This document shows, in pieces, positions 1 to 12,995 of a stretch of DNA of 64,000 bases; within the stretch, counting starts at the first letter, position 1, and each line of letters begins with the position of its first letter. This DNA is from Mobula hypostoma. Lineage: Eukaryota. The notes below the pieces were generated by a model. The model worked only from the letters and a program-made list of their open reading frames with translations, searched no databases and was not told the origin of the DNA. The stretch spans positions 51,276,001 to 51,340,000 of the forward strand of contig NC_086097.1 of the NCBI RefSeq assembly GCF_963921235.1. Reading direction: 5' to 3'. A program made the translations under genes and the position numbers.

Positions 1-832
1 GGAGGGCTGTCAGAGGTTACAGCGGGACATTGATAGGATGCAAAACTAGGCTGAGAAGTGGCAGATGGAGTTCAACCCAGGTAAGTGTGAGGTAGTTCAT
101 TTTTGTAGGTCAAATATGATGGCAGAATATAGTATTAATGGTAAGGCTCTTGGCAGTGCGGAGGATCAGAGGAATTTTGGGGTCCGAGTCCATAGGATAC
201 TTGATGCTGCTGCACAGGTTGACTCTGTGGTTAAGAAGGCATACAGTGCACTGGCCTTTATCAACCATGGGATTGAGTTTAAGAGCCGAGGAGTAATGTT
301 ACAGCTATATAGGACCCTGGTTAGGCCCCACTTGGAGTAATGTGCTCAGCTCTGGTCACCTCACCACAGGAAAGATGTGGATAAGGGTGCAGCAGAGTTT
401 TACAAGAATGTTGCCTGGATTGGGGAGCATGCCTTATGAGAATAGGTTGAGTGAACCTGGCCTTTTCTCCTTGGAGTGGCAGAGGATGAGAGGTGACCTG
501 ATAGGGGTGTATAAGATGATGAGAGGCATTGATCGTGTGGATAGTCAGAGGCTTTTTCCCAGGGCTGAAATGACTAAAATGACAGGGCAAAGTTTTAAGG
601 TGCTGGGGAGTAGATACAGAGGAGATGTCAGGGGTAAGTTTTTTTTATGCAGAGGGCGGTGAGTGCATGGAATGGGCTGCCAGCGGCGGCGGTGAAGGCG
701 GAAACGATAGGGTCTTTTCAGAAACTCCTGGATAGGTACATGGAGCTTAGAAAAATAGAGGGCTATGGGTTTCGGCACAGCATTGTGGGTCGAAGGGCCT
801 GTATTGTGCTGTAGGTTTTCTCTGTTTCTATG
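1..832 (+). mobile_element. CR1 LINE, 3' end of ORF2 and 3' UTR (degenerate)
   Basis: Motifs W..KWQMEFNPGKCEVVHF, LQLYRTLVRPHLE, LFSLE..RMRGDLI.VYKMMRG; typical CR1 3' tail gggcctgtattgtgctgta...tctatg. Confidence 0.9.
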
Positions 833-1029
833 ACAGACCAGCATTTGTCATTGAGATGTTGATGAGAGGTGCGTTCCACGACCATCCTACTGATTGTTGC
901 TTTTCTCAAGGCAATTCCAATGCAGTGAAGAAGCACAGGCAATGAAAAAGAAAGACAAATTTCCCAGTGAGGACACTATACAGGTATTAAACTACATAGC
1001 TGACACGTAAAAGCTTCTCTTGTTTTTAT

Positions 1030-1350
1030 CGTTTTACAGCATGAAAACTGTCCACTGTATTAATGCTGATCATCAAGTACCATTTACACTAATCCTTCAC
1101 TAGTCCCATTTTAATTTCCCACATTCCCATCTACCCTCTGCCCCCCCCATTCCACCTACACACTAGGGTAAATTGACAGTGGCTTGTTAACGTCCCAAAC
1201 TACAGCACATCTTTGGAATAAGGGAGCAAAAAGGACACCTAGAGAAAATACATTTGGCTACGGGGAAAAAGAGCAAGCTTCACACACAACATGTGAGGTC
1301 AGGATTGAATGCAAGCCGCCGGACATGCGAGGCAGCATCTCCACTAGGTC
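1030..1350 (-). mobile_element. Degenerate tRNA-derived SINE (V-SINE-like)
   Basis: Resembles the SINE copies at 1486-1797 and 24055-24330 (ctttggaa...gg.agaaa...cac...gggagaa...caa.ct core) with a degraded tRNA head. Confidence 0.55.
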
Positions 1351-1485
1351 TACATTGGTACAGAATCTGCCTGATCTGAATAAAAGTAGCTCTCTAGGGA
1401 CAGTGCATTAACGTTCGGCGGTACATCACTTCAGTTGCGCAACAGACTGCTTTGTACAAATGAGGGGGTAAAAGAGATTAGAGAG

Positions 1486-1797
1486 GTTAGCTTTATTTGT
1501 CACATGTACATGGAAACATACAGTGAAATGTGTTTTTTTGCATCAATCCAAGTCAGTGGAAATCGTGCTGGGGCAGCCTGCAAGTGTCACCATGCTTCCT
1601 GTGCCAATGTAGCATGCCCACAACGTACCAGCCTTAACCCATATGTCTTTGGAATGTGGGAGAAAACTGGACGATCTAGAGGAAACCCACATGGTCAGAG
1701 GGAAAATGTACAAGCTCCTTACAGGTGGCAGTGGGAATTGAACCCTAACTGGTGATCATTGGCACTGTAACAGTGTTACACTAATCACCATGCTATC
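1486..1797 (-). mobile_element. tRNA-derived SINE (V-SINE-like)
   Basis: Minus-strand B-box GGGTTCAATTCCC at about 1733-1745; tctcccacattccaaagac core; tail ...tgtacatgtgacaaataaagc. Confidence 0.75.
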
Positions 1798-2308
1798 GCA
1801 TCACCCTTAAGGTACCACACTGCTGCTTTTAAACAACTCAGTGCCTCACTTATAGTGGCAAGTATAGAATCCTTCTCAGCATAAAGGGTGTTGAAAAGGC
1901 ACATAGTTTTGCAGTGCGAGTTTACACTTATCTCCAATGTACTGCTGGAGAAGCAGCCTTTTCTAAATGAATAGTAATTTTCTGTTGAGCAAAAGGAAAA
2001 TGAAGGGGATATGCAGGGTATTGCCAACACTCAGGGGCTGCAAGACTAACTTGCCACTTATAATTTCAAGTTCCACACAACTCACTTTGGGATAAAAAAT
2101 TGTCTCACTGATTATTCCCAGAGCTGGGTCATCAGGAAAATTAGATACACCTTAAGCTCCACGTGAATTCCTCCAGAATTTGCAAGTGGCTGATGATCGT
2201 ATTGCACGGGTGTTAGGTTGTCTGCCTAGACATGACTCCTTGTTCTGTCTACACCGAATATTGACTGGCATTCACAGATTAGCTAGAAATTATGTTAAAA
2301 GTAATCAC

Positions 2309-2499
2309 CTCTGCATCTACATTCTGAAGCCCACATTGATCACATATGGAAATCAACTCTTTGCTGCTCAGATAACTGTCTTTGGTGACTCCAAGCTCTT
2401 CAGAAACTGTTTGAAGTCGTTCTTCAATCCATTTGGGGCCAGCACCAAACACACTCTGAGAAGTAGTCACATCATCCGGGTTCCAAAATCCCAACTGAC
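2309..2499 (-). CDS. NIN: NIN coding exon, 191 nt
   Basis: Acceptor ttttccag|GT; reads (G)QLGFWNPDDVTTSQSVFGAGPKWIEERLQTVSEELGVTKDSYLSSKELISICDQCGLQNVDAE; donor GAG|GTGATT; phase 1 to 0. Confidence 0.93.
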
Positions 2500-3358
2500 C
2501 TGGAAAACATGTTCACAATGTTTACAGTGGCTTGTGAAAAGGTAGAATTGATCAATGGACATTAATCTGAACTAAAATAACCATGAATGAAGGTGAGAGA
2601 AATTTGAAATCAAATTTGGGCTGGCAAATTTATTATTCAGATGATCTTCTTCATTGCATTTATTATTTTAATAGTTGATATTTACTGCCATTATGAATAG
2701 CAGAAAATCCCTCATTTGATGTAGTATCTTCTCTCATGTACTTCATTAGTTTCTACACACCATACATCCTCAAACCACATAGTCACTGCTAGACCTGGAT
2801 ATGTTGTACGTATGGAGATATCAGCTGACTTCAGTGAACACTGGCCATTCTTTGTACTGAGTATGTCAATGCTACACTGTACATTTTCCAAGTGAATATG
2901 TTTAGTTTAGTCTCGGGGAGTTAATATTCTGGTGGATTGGGTATTTGGTTGTTTCAGAACTTCAGATGAAAGGCAGGCACATCTCACCTATTTGTGACAT
3001 TGCTCAATTGCTCCAAGGGCTACGCTTCCATAGACACACCTAGCAACAGTGCCCATCCTTCCAGTCTGAACGAGTTTATCAACTTTAGTAACTTGTGAAA
3101 TAATTACTCCAAAACCTAACAGGGCTTTTGTTGGGTGTGCTGAACAAGGCCAAGGTTTGCCTTGTCTTCATAGCTCAAGAGATGGAGTTCAGTTAACAAT
3201 GGCAGTATTGTGGGAAAATGGATCATGAATGTCCTTTAGGGAGGGAATGTGTCATCCATCCCCTACCTATATACCCTGTCTGGCCTTGATGTAATTCTAC
3301 AATCACATCAATGACTCCTCATCACTCTCTTAAATGCCTGCCAAGACATTTAAATGTA

Positions 3359-4869
3359 CAGGGGTCCCCTGCTTTTCAAACGTTCGCTTTATGAAACCTC
3401 GCTGTTGCAAAACACCTACATTAGTTACCTGTTTTCGCTAACAGAAGGTGTTTTCACTGTTACGAAAAAAGGCAGTGTGCGAAAAAAGCAGCGCGTGCCC
3501 TGAGCAGCTGCTCCTCCCCTGGAACTGCATTCTAGCCGGCATTGCTTAAACACGTGCCTGTGAGCAGCTGTTAGCAAGATGAGTTCAAAGGTATCAGAAA
3601 AGCCCAAAAGAGCTCGTAAGGGTGTTACCCTTAGCATAAAACTAGACATAATTAAGCGTTTCGATCGTGGTGAACGAAGCAAGGACAAAGTGAGTTTGGC
3701 TTGTGGAAGTTGACGAAGATGATGTTGAAGAGATTTTGGCATCCCATGACCAAGAACTGATAGATGAAGAGCTGATGCAATTGGAAGAGGAAAGGATAAC
3801 AATTGAAACCGAACGCAGTAGCGAACGGACCAAAGGTGAAGTTGTCCAGGAACTGAACGTGAAGCAACTGCATGAGATGATAGGAAAATGCGTGAGGATA
3901 AGCAGTCAAGCATTCTGCCATTTTTCAAGCCTTCCACATCAGCCACAGAAGACGACGAACATCGACCTTTGACATCGAGGCAGGCAGACACAGAAGAAAA
4001 TGACCTGCCTGCCCTGATGGAAACAGACGACGAGATGACATCTCAGTGTCCCACCACCCCAACCCCTGGGCTGAGGACCGATACATTGCCGCGGAGAATG
4101 CAGCAGTAGCCGGGATGCATCCAACACATCCTTAAGAAAAATGCCGAAATAAACAATCTAATTAATTAGGTGCCGCCCAGCATGTAAATGTCGGCCCAGA
4201 TCAGAAGCGATTGCCGATTGTGTCGCCTCTGATCTGGGCTAACATTTACATGCCGGACGGTACCTAATTAATTAGCTTGCTTATTTCGGCTTTTTTCTTA
4301 AAGATGTGCTAGGTGTGTCCCGGCTACTGCTGCATTCTCCGCGGTTCGGTATCGGTTCACTGCTCGGAGGTTGGGGTCCACCCCAACCTCCAACGACTCA
4401 GCCTAACACACTATCATCAGTGTGCTCAGCACTGTCTTTCTAATTCCGGTAAGTGATACTACACTGTACATACATTATTTCTACTTTATATAGGCTGTGT
4501 ATTTTTATGTGTTATTTGGTATGATCTGGCAGCTTCATAGCTTAAAGGTTACTGGAGAGAGTGTTTCTGCCAAGAGCGCTTCCGTGAGATTTTCACTACC
4601 GAGAATAGTGTGGCAATTATTGTAGAAAAGTATTTATACTTTATACAGGCTGTGTATTTATCATATCATTCCTGTTTTTACTATATGTTACTGTTATTTT
4701 AGGTTTTATGTGTTATTTGGTATGATTTGGTAGGTTATTTCTTGGGTCTGCGAACGCTCATAAATTTTTCCCATATAAATAAATGGTAATTGCTTCTTCA
4801 CTTTACGATATTCTGGCTTATGAACCGTTTAATAGGAACGCTCTACCCTCGGATGGCGAGGGAAACCTG
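3359..4869 (+). mobile_element. Tigger/pogo (Tc1-mariner) internally deleted DNA transposon
   Basis: TA|CAGG...CCTG|TA ends with imperfect TIRs. The transposase N-terminus from ATG 3579 (MSSKVSEKPKRARKGVTLSIKLDIIKRFDRGE, CENP-B/psq HTH-like) is joined to a Tigger-type C-terminus (EVDEDDVEEILASHDQELIDEELMQLEEER). The DDE core is missing. Confidence 0.85.
4057..4377. repeat. Long imperfect inverted repeat (hairpin) inside the Tigger element
   Basis: ccgcggagaatgcagcagtagccggga...taattaattaggt...gcccagatcaga pairs with tctgatctgggc...acctaattaatta...tcccggctactgctgcattctccgcgg; loop at about 4211-4223. Confidence 0.9.
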
Positions 4870-5547
4870 TATTGTACTGCTGCATTAACATAGAAGGATA
4901 AAATTGGATGCATTACAAGGCATTGCTGTAAGCACTAAATTCATCATTGGAAAAGCTACATGCACTACGGTCAACTTTGAAAATTTCTCTCCACAAACAT
5001 ATGGGGCACTGGGATCTACCAGCTAAGTTGGTCAATAGCCTGATATCCTGAGACACACAATATTATACCTCACAGACAACATACCAACTCGATCTGGCTG
5101 ATCAAACAGAAGGGAAGTCAAAGGTGGTGTAAAGGCAGAAAGGAGTGGCCTTGGGAGTCCTCAACATTTATTCCAGACTATATGAAATCTCCTGGCAGTA
5201 AGTTGCACCCAGCTGTGAGAAACCCCTTTCTGATTACAACCTAATGTGCATTTTCATCTGATGAATCAGCACTCATGCGCATTGAATAGCACTTGGACAA
5301 AACATAGAAGGCAATACAGGCAGAGAATGTAGTCAATCACTTTCACCCAGCATCACCACTGATTGAAGTATCCAAGCCCTTAACAACACGGCTGGCATTC
5401 CGACTCTGCAGCAAATAATGAGCAAACTAACAGAGAGAAACAACCTACCCAGCATCAACCTTACTAATGCACTTGTCACAGATGAGTAAGAAAAATATGC
5501 CTTTCAGTTGTTGAAGAATATTTTCCGAGTTTGTTGATCATTCTTAC

Positions 5548-5590
5548 CTTCAGCTTCGTATTCTTCCCTTTCAGTGGAAGCTTTCCAGTT
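5548..5590 (-). CDS. NIN: NIN coding exon, 43 nt
   Basis: Acceptor ctgtatttag|AAC; reads NWKASTEREEYEAE plus G; donor AAG|GTAAGA; phase 0 to 1. Confidence 0.9.
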
Positions 5591-6589
5591 CTAAATACAG
5601 AAACAAACCAGTTTAAGCATTAATCAGAAATACATTCGCTATACACATGAAATACAGTACTTTTCACAAGCTCGTAAAGTGCCATAACCAATGTAGAACA
5701 TATTTTAAATATGTTTTTTTATTATTATATAATTCTTTATCATTGTTGAAGGTTGTTTTTTGTAAAATGCTGCACCAACACATCACAGCAAATTCCTGAC
5801 ACATGTATATGGTGAATGAAGTTGATCGCTCATCCCTGATCCTTGGTGTATATTAAGTTTTACAAATCAGTCAGACCAGTTAAGCACTGCATGGGTTCAC
5901 TAAAAGCACTGAAATTAATGACTGGTTAATCAGTGTTCGTGGTGTTGGTTAAGGATGAACTGTTTTCTAGGGTCCAGGGAGACCTAGACTTTCTCCTCCT
6001 TGAACTATACCCTGGGATCTTCATATCCCTGTGACAGCAGGGACAACACTGGGTGACTGCCTTTGCTAAATGATATTAACACGAGTGGTGCTGCATTTCT
6101 TCGGTCATGCAATATAAAAATCAGGCCCTTTTGTTCAGCAAGACCACTGACAATCAAACATTCAGAAACACTGATCATATTTTTTAATCTCCCCACTTTC
6201 TTATCATCTCCCCACAGATTATTCCAATTGTGTGAAGAGTGCCACACTTCTGTTATTCATTACCACAACGGTTAATTATCCAGCTCAAACATGTACTTTC
6301 AGCATGTAAAAGGGATGCAGATGTGCCTTGTAAGCTGTTTATGAGTCTCCACTTCAGGAAGTTTGCAAGAAGCAGGAAATATGAGGTGATAAAAGGTAAC
6401 CTAAAGATCACTGAAGGTACAGCAACATTAAGAGTGGATTGGGACTATATCAATGGCAGGAAACTAGAAGGTCAGTGTCTTCAGACATATATTTCTCTTT
6501 GGAGTCCTGTTAAAAGCCTACTTGATATGGTCCAAGAATTACCCTGCATGACATCTGGTTCATTCAGTTCAGTTCAGTTTCAGCTGCGA

Positions 6590-6919
6590 TGTTCAACTGG
6601 AACTCTGTAAACAGACACTCAAATTTCTACAGATGTACTGTGGAGAGCATTCTAACTGGTTGTATCACTGGTATGGAGGGGCCACTGCAGAGGATCGGAA
6701 AAAAGCTGCAGAAGGTTGCAAACCCAGCCAGCTGCATCTTGGGCACCAGCCTCCCCAGCATCCAGACCACCTTCAAAAAGTGGCATCCATCATTTAGGGC
6801 TCCATCACCCAGAACACATAATAATTTATAATTTTTATTATATATCACAATGTACTGCTGCTGCAAAACAATACATTTCACAAAATATGCCAGTGATATT
6901 AAACTTGATTCTGATTCTG
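6590..6919 (+). mobile_element. Rex1/Babar-like LINE 3' fragment
   Basis: NFYRCTVESILTGCIT...LQKV...A..I.GTSLPSIQ motif; tail gattctgattctg. Confidence 0.75.
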
Positions 6920-8109
6920 TGTACTGTTTATCAATTAATTCTCCAACTCATTTCACTTAAAAGACATTCAAATATTATGACTGCTCTGTCCCTCTTTCAA
7001 CCCTTCTGCAAAAATGTTACATATTCTTAATAATCTTACCATTCTCCTCTAAAAATAAACATGAAAATGCAAACCATAATCCACTGTAAGGTACATTTAT
7101 ATATGCTGATTTTCTTAAAGATGTATTTGAAGTATTTTTATTAGAATAAATGGATCCATTTGGAACATGATAGAATACGTAGGTTATTTGCCATTACAAG
7201 TGGCCTGCTGCACAACAGTTATTCTCTAGCACAATTGTTTGGGGTTTTATCAATTTTTTGGGGGATCCAATTGTATTTTAAAGTCAGAATTTCAAGGTTT
7301 CTCCTGTGATGATATTTTAGGGACATGCCCTCTAATGCTAATATGGTTTCTGACCAAATCACTTCATTCTGGTTATAGCTCAAAACAGAGAGCACCGTCA
7401 CCAACTGCAACACATTCAGCTTTGAAACGCTGATTTGATCAAGCAATTTCAAAGAAAGACCTGCTAAATTAACTCTAAGCATCTTACATCCATATCAGCA
7501 CTTAACATAATGCAGTGACCTGTGAAATTGTAGCTTTAGAATACAGTGGATGGATGCTAATCTAAAAGAAAATGGAGGCGTGGTTTCCATAGATACATAG
7601 TGGTTTAAAAATTAGAGCAGATGGTGGAATATTTCAATTACCCTAGAAATTACCTCTGTCATTGAGTATTATCCTAGAAAACAATTTAAAAGTCATACAT
7701 TCATCTGAGTCCTTGGTACCTTCCTAGACTAATATATACAGTGTTTAATGGAACCATGATCTAGGCCATATTAATTACCTTTAGAAAAGGAATCTTGCTG
7801 TGCTTCATAATCCAATGAGGAAATTCTTTTTGTGAACAATGCTTATCTCTATTATACAGCGCATGGCTAAAGGGTACAAGTTCCTTGTGTACACAGCATG
7901 GCACAAATAAATAATGCTCAGGAAACAGATTTGATTTGCCAACTAGGCAAAGAAAACTCCAGATTAGTTCTGAAATTACAAGATTACACAGATCCTCAGC
8001 ACATTTGATTTCAATTCTAATCCACAATATGAGACAACAAACCTAGTTATAATGTTTATAGAAAGATTTAAATAGAAAAAATATTGAGTAGAATCTTAAG
8101 AGGATGAAG

Positions 8110-8880
8110 TTCAATCAGAAATTTGTTAAATGATAAAGTCTGGATGGTCAAACTTGAAGGCAGAGTACAAGGTTAACAGCAGAATTCTTAGCAGTGTGGC
8201 GGAACAGAGGGGTCACTTTGATAGGGTGGTTAAGAAGGCATATGCTGTGTTGGCCGTCATTAGTAGGGAGATAGAGTTCAAGAGCCGTGAGGTCATGTTG
8301 CAGCTCTATAAAACCCTGGTTACACCACACTTACTGTGTTCAGTTTTGGACACCTAAATATAGGAAGAATGTGAAGCTTCAGAAAGGGAACAGAGGAAAT
8401 TTACCTGAATGCCATCTGAATTGGACAGCAGAAATTATAAGGATAGGTTGATCTCCTTGGATCAAAGAAGGATGAGAGGTGAATTAATAGAGATGTACAA
8501 AATGATAAGATACATAGATGAAGTGAATAGCCACAGCATTTTTCACAGGGCAGAAATGGCAAATACGAGGAACTACGGTTTTAAGGTGATTGATGGGAAA
8601 TAGGGGGAATGTCAGAAGTAAGTTTTTTTCAGAAAGATGTAGAATCTTTAGGGAGGGAGCAGAGGATATTTACCAAATTGCTGCCTGGATTAGAGAGCAT
8701 TCTTATGAGCAAAGGTTGAGTGAGCTAGGGCTTTTCTCTTTGGGATAAGGAGGATGAGAGGTGACTTGATAAAGGTGTGCAAGATGATAAGAGACATAGA
8801 CAGAATACAAGAGGGTATAACTTTAAAGTGACTGGAGGAGAATATGGAGGGGGGAGGTGAGAGGTAGCTTTTTTCCCCTA
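8110..8880 (+). mobile_element. CR1 LINE ORF2 3' fragments (two joined pieces)
   Basis: VVKKAYAVLA...EFKSREVMLQLYKTLV and RRMRGELIEMYKMIR motifs; the region restarts at about 8640. Confidence 0.85.
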
Positions 8881-8919
8881 CACAGCCTGCAATTATTTAC
8901 TTCTCTAGATACAAAAAAA

Positions 8920-9500
8920 CCGTGATGGTTGCATCACAGCCTGGCGTAGAAATACCATTGCCCATGAACCAGAAAGCCTACAAAAAGTAGTGTACATTAC
9001 AGGAAAAACCCTCCCTCCCCATATTAAGCACATCTACGATGAGTGCTGCCACAAGAAAGCAACATCCAAGGACAGTCACCATCCAGGCCGTGCCTTATTC
9101 TCACTGCTGCAATCAGGGAGAAGGTACAGTAGCCTCAGCTCCCACACCACCTGATTCAGGAACAGTTATTACTCTTCAGTCATAAGGCTCCTGAACTATA
9201 GTGGATAACTTCACTCACCCCAACAGTGAACTGATTCCGCAACCTATAGACTCACTTTCAAAGACACTACAACTCATGTTCTCAATATAATTCTATTTAT
9301 TTATTTATTATTTTTCTATTTGCGCAGTTTGCCTTCTTTTGCAGATTCACTGTTGGTCCGTCTTTGTTTGTGTGTAGTTCTTCATTGATCCTTTTGTGTT
9401 TCTTTGTATCTACTGTTCATGCCCGCAAGAAAATGAAGCTCAGGGAAAGTATATGGTGACATATACTCACTTTGATAATGAATCTACTTTGAACTTTTGA
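8920..9500 (+). mobile_element. Rex1-like LINE 3' end
   Basis: HHPG.ALFSLL.SGRRYSSL..HTT.FRNSYY motif; 3' UTR ends in tactttgaacttttga. Confidence 0.75.
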
Positions 9501-10682
9501 ATGAGCTTGCTGACAGATGCAGACAGAGGAAATCCAAAGAATGCATGTCTGTGCATCTGGGGTTGATATTTTACATTCTATAGGAGGAAATACACCGCAA
9601 GGCCAGATATCCAGATATCCAACGTGCTCTTTTATCTGTACCCTTAAAGCATGGAAAAGAATTTACAGAAATCAGAGCCATTAATTTTACACTGACAGAG
9701 ATTTCAGGTGGTTTTATTTAGTTGGTGTTGTTTTCTTAAATGCACCATGAACATAAATTGGCTGACTGCTCTCATTCAAAAAAGATCATTTCAATAAACA
9801 TAATGAACAACAGAGTCAGATCAACTGAACTGAAATTCTGTACTTGTAGAAATTCTAATAACACAGCAGTGACACTCAATACCACTACTGCTGTTGGGTA
9901 TTTGGCCAGAAGCATTCAGGCATGCTACACTTGAATTAATACATGATGACCAACTTTCAGCTATTTCATTATGTAAAGGTAGGTTTTAAAATTCACTGTG
10001 CAATGAATGAAATAGATTTTGCGAGCAAGAATTAACCCTTACTGTGTGGGAAGCAAGTACTTAAAAATCACGTAAGGTACGTCACGAACGAATAAATGTA
10101 TAGTCAGTATTTATTGCAGTCCATGCATTGAATATATATTATTCAGATCAATACTTGCACAGCTGAACCAAAGAACAGATGGCACAGTTTAGTATTCTGG
10201 ACCATATCCTCTGCACTGAAAAAAAGCACACGCTACAATTGACATTGTTTACTTGTCATTGCCTCTCTTAACAAATATACATAAACTGACCAACCTTTTG
10301 CACTCCACCATCTGCTTCATAGAACCAGATCTTTATTCATAAGTTAAGGATAGCAGACAATTGTTATAAGAAGCTCACCATTCTCAGCAGCCTATTAACA
10401 TAACACTAAGGTAGCAAAGAGCATTACATGCAGCATTATCACACTGATGTTTGACGATATGAAGGAAAACTTTTAGCTTAGTATTTTCTATTTGAAAGCC
10501 GTTTGATAATGCAAACCTGCACCCTTTAAATCTGTGATAAATTTAGTACTGGAGAATAAATGTGGATTACTGTATGAAAGAAGTTCTTGATGGTCATACA
10601 ATTTCACTTATACTTAATAGCAACAATGACTGTTTCATGAATTAGCAAGTTACTAGCCTCTGGTCAGGCTTACTGCAAATTT

Positions 10683-11072
10683 TAATCCAGGCAGCATTTT
10701 GGTAAATATCCTCTGCTCCCTCTCTAAAAGATTCTACAAAAAAAATTACTTTTGACATTCCCCCTATATTTTCCATCAATCACCTTAAAACCATAGTTCC
10801 TCGTATTTGCCATTTCTGCCCTGTGAAAAATGCTGTGGCTATTCACTTCATCTATGTATCTTATCATTTTGTACATCTCTATTAATTCACCTCTCATCCT
10901 TCTTTGATCCAAGGAGATCAACCTATCCTTATAACACCTGCTGTCCAATTCAGATGGCATTCGGGTAAATTTCCTCTGCTCCCTCTCTAAAGCTTCACAT
11001 TCTTCCTATATTGAGGTGTCCAAAACTGAACACAGTAAGTGTGGTGTAACCAGAGTTTTATAGAGCTGCAAC
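10683..11072 (-). repeat. Inverted duplicate of the CR1 segment 8297-8692
   Basis: Near-identical to 8297-8692 on the opposite strand (compare ORFs 8409..8603 and 10724..10960), including the same private junction. Confidence 0.9.
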
Positions 11073-12342
11073 CCTGGTGTAGAGGTCATACTGGGAGCAG
11101 TACAAGGCACATCCAAGAACGAGCTCCCAACTTTGTGAAACAGCAATGCACATACTAAATTGCAAGAGCTGCATGCATTAGACAGAACCAACTGATCTCA
11201 CAACACAAGGATCAGATCAAAGCTCTGCTATCCTGCAACATTAGTCTTCATTGGTGGTGGACAAATAAACAGCAAGCAGGTGAGAAACTCTAAGAATATC
11301 CCCATCCTCAGCTGTGGTGGAACTTAGCGCATGATTGCCAAAGACAAGGCTGAAGTAAACAGAACCATAATCAATAAGAAGGGCTGAGTGGTTGGCCCAC
11401 TTTTGTGTCCTCCCAAAATCCCCACCCTCACAGAGGTCGTAGTTCATCTAATTAGTTTCCCTGCCTGTGAAGTAAAGTGATAGCTGACAGAACAAGATTC
11501 AGCAACACTTATGAGACCAGACAACATTCTGACCCACAGCACAAATGCAATTAGTTTATTGTTGAGAGAGCAAACATTCAATTCTCTGTCTTGTTTGCTT
11601 TCAACACACGAGTTTTCAGAATGCATGAGATAAGATTTAAAGGCACAATGTAGACTTTATTTTTTTTGTTTTAATGCCTTTCTGTTTCCTAACCACCTCA
11701 TTAGCATTTGTAATATATCCTAAGGTGAAGCTTGGATATTGTTGAAGCAGTTGCAAGTTCTCCTTATGGTAACAGCACACATTTATTTACAAATTGCAAG
11801 GGATTCATTAGACATGCTGCTTGCTTACTTATATAAAACAGCACAAGACATGGTTACCAACAGCTAATTATCATACCATCTTGCTAACCTTCACATATAT
11901 ATTCCCCAATCACATAATTATAAGCACACGCACATCAGCAGTTTCAGAATATATTCTAACCCTTTATAGACCTACAAGAAACCACCACGTACTTATGTCA
12001 CACACATAATTAGGTCATTACATCACATTTGGCTTCATTGACATACAAATATAATCACATTGCTGTACCTAATATTTACTTTTATTAATATAATTGAACC
12101 AGCTGTTCTTTGAAGAATCTATGAATGCTCATCTTGAATTTGACCAGGCCTCAGCAATGATACAGTTTTACACTTGTCAATTTCGCACAATCACAACTTT
12201 CACTAATTTGGCTGTAAAATTATGTCTTGATAATTTAATCTACTTGGAAAACCACATTATATCTGCTTTGGACATTCCAATAAGTAATTATGATAAATTA
12301 CTAATGTCAGAATAGGCAACTCTGCAAGAAGAAATCAAAAAC

Positions 12343-12995
12343 AGGGGGAGGAGAAGATGGCGCGGCCACTCCGGTGAATGATATCTGTGATCTGTCAAGT
12401 TGGGTGCCGTGCACAATCCTGATTTGATAAAGTCAGACATGAGAGAACGAAGGAACATCTGGAGAAACTTCTGAAATGCCTTTTTCACTGCTGCTGTTAC
12501 TGTGTGATCCAGAATCTCCGGAGGGGAAGGCCCCGAATCCTCGGCTTTGCCTGTTGCTTGGCGGCCGGGACGCGGTCGAAGCGCTCAGCAGAGATGGTGC
12601 TCGGTGCCGAAAAGCTAGTCGGAGGCTCGAAGTTTTTGGACGGACTCAGAGTCAGCTGTGGTCGGGTGCTTCCAATGCATCGACAGTTGTCGGTGCCTGG
12701 AGGTTTATGGCAGAGAGAGTTTCTCCCTTCTGCCGCCTGCTATTGGGACTATCGGGAGTCGATCGGAACTTTGAGACTTTTTTTTACCGTTCCCATGGTC
12801 TGCTCTTTATCAAATTATGGTATTGCTTTGCACTGCTGTAACTATATGTTATAATTATGTGGTCTTGTCAGCGTTAGTCTTTGGCTTGTCTTGTTTTTTT
12901 TGTGATATCACTCTGGAGGAACATTGTATCATTTCTTAATGCATGCATGCATTTCTAAATGACAATAAATGAGGACTGAGTGACCTCAATCTAAA
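12343..12995 (+). mobile_element. Non-coding interspersed repeat, probably a non-autonomous non-LTR element (family A)
   Basis: Starts ggaggagAAGATGGCG and ends atgcatgcatt...aaatgacaataaa...aatcta; homologous to 28929-29506. Confidence 0.7.

Noticed and set aside
3579..4109. Domesticated TIGD/CENP-B-like gene
   Set aside because: The DDE core is deleted, the frames are broken and both transposon ends are retained.
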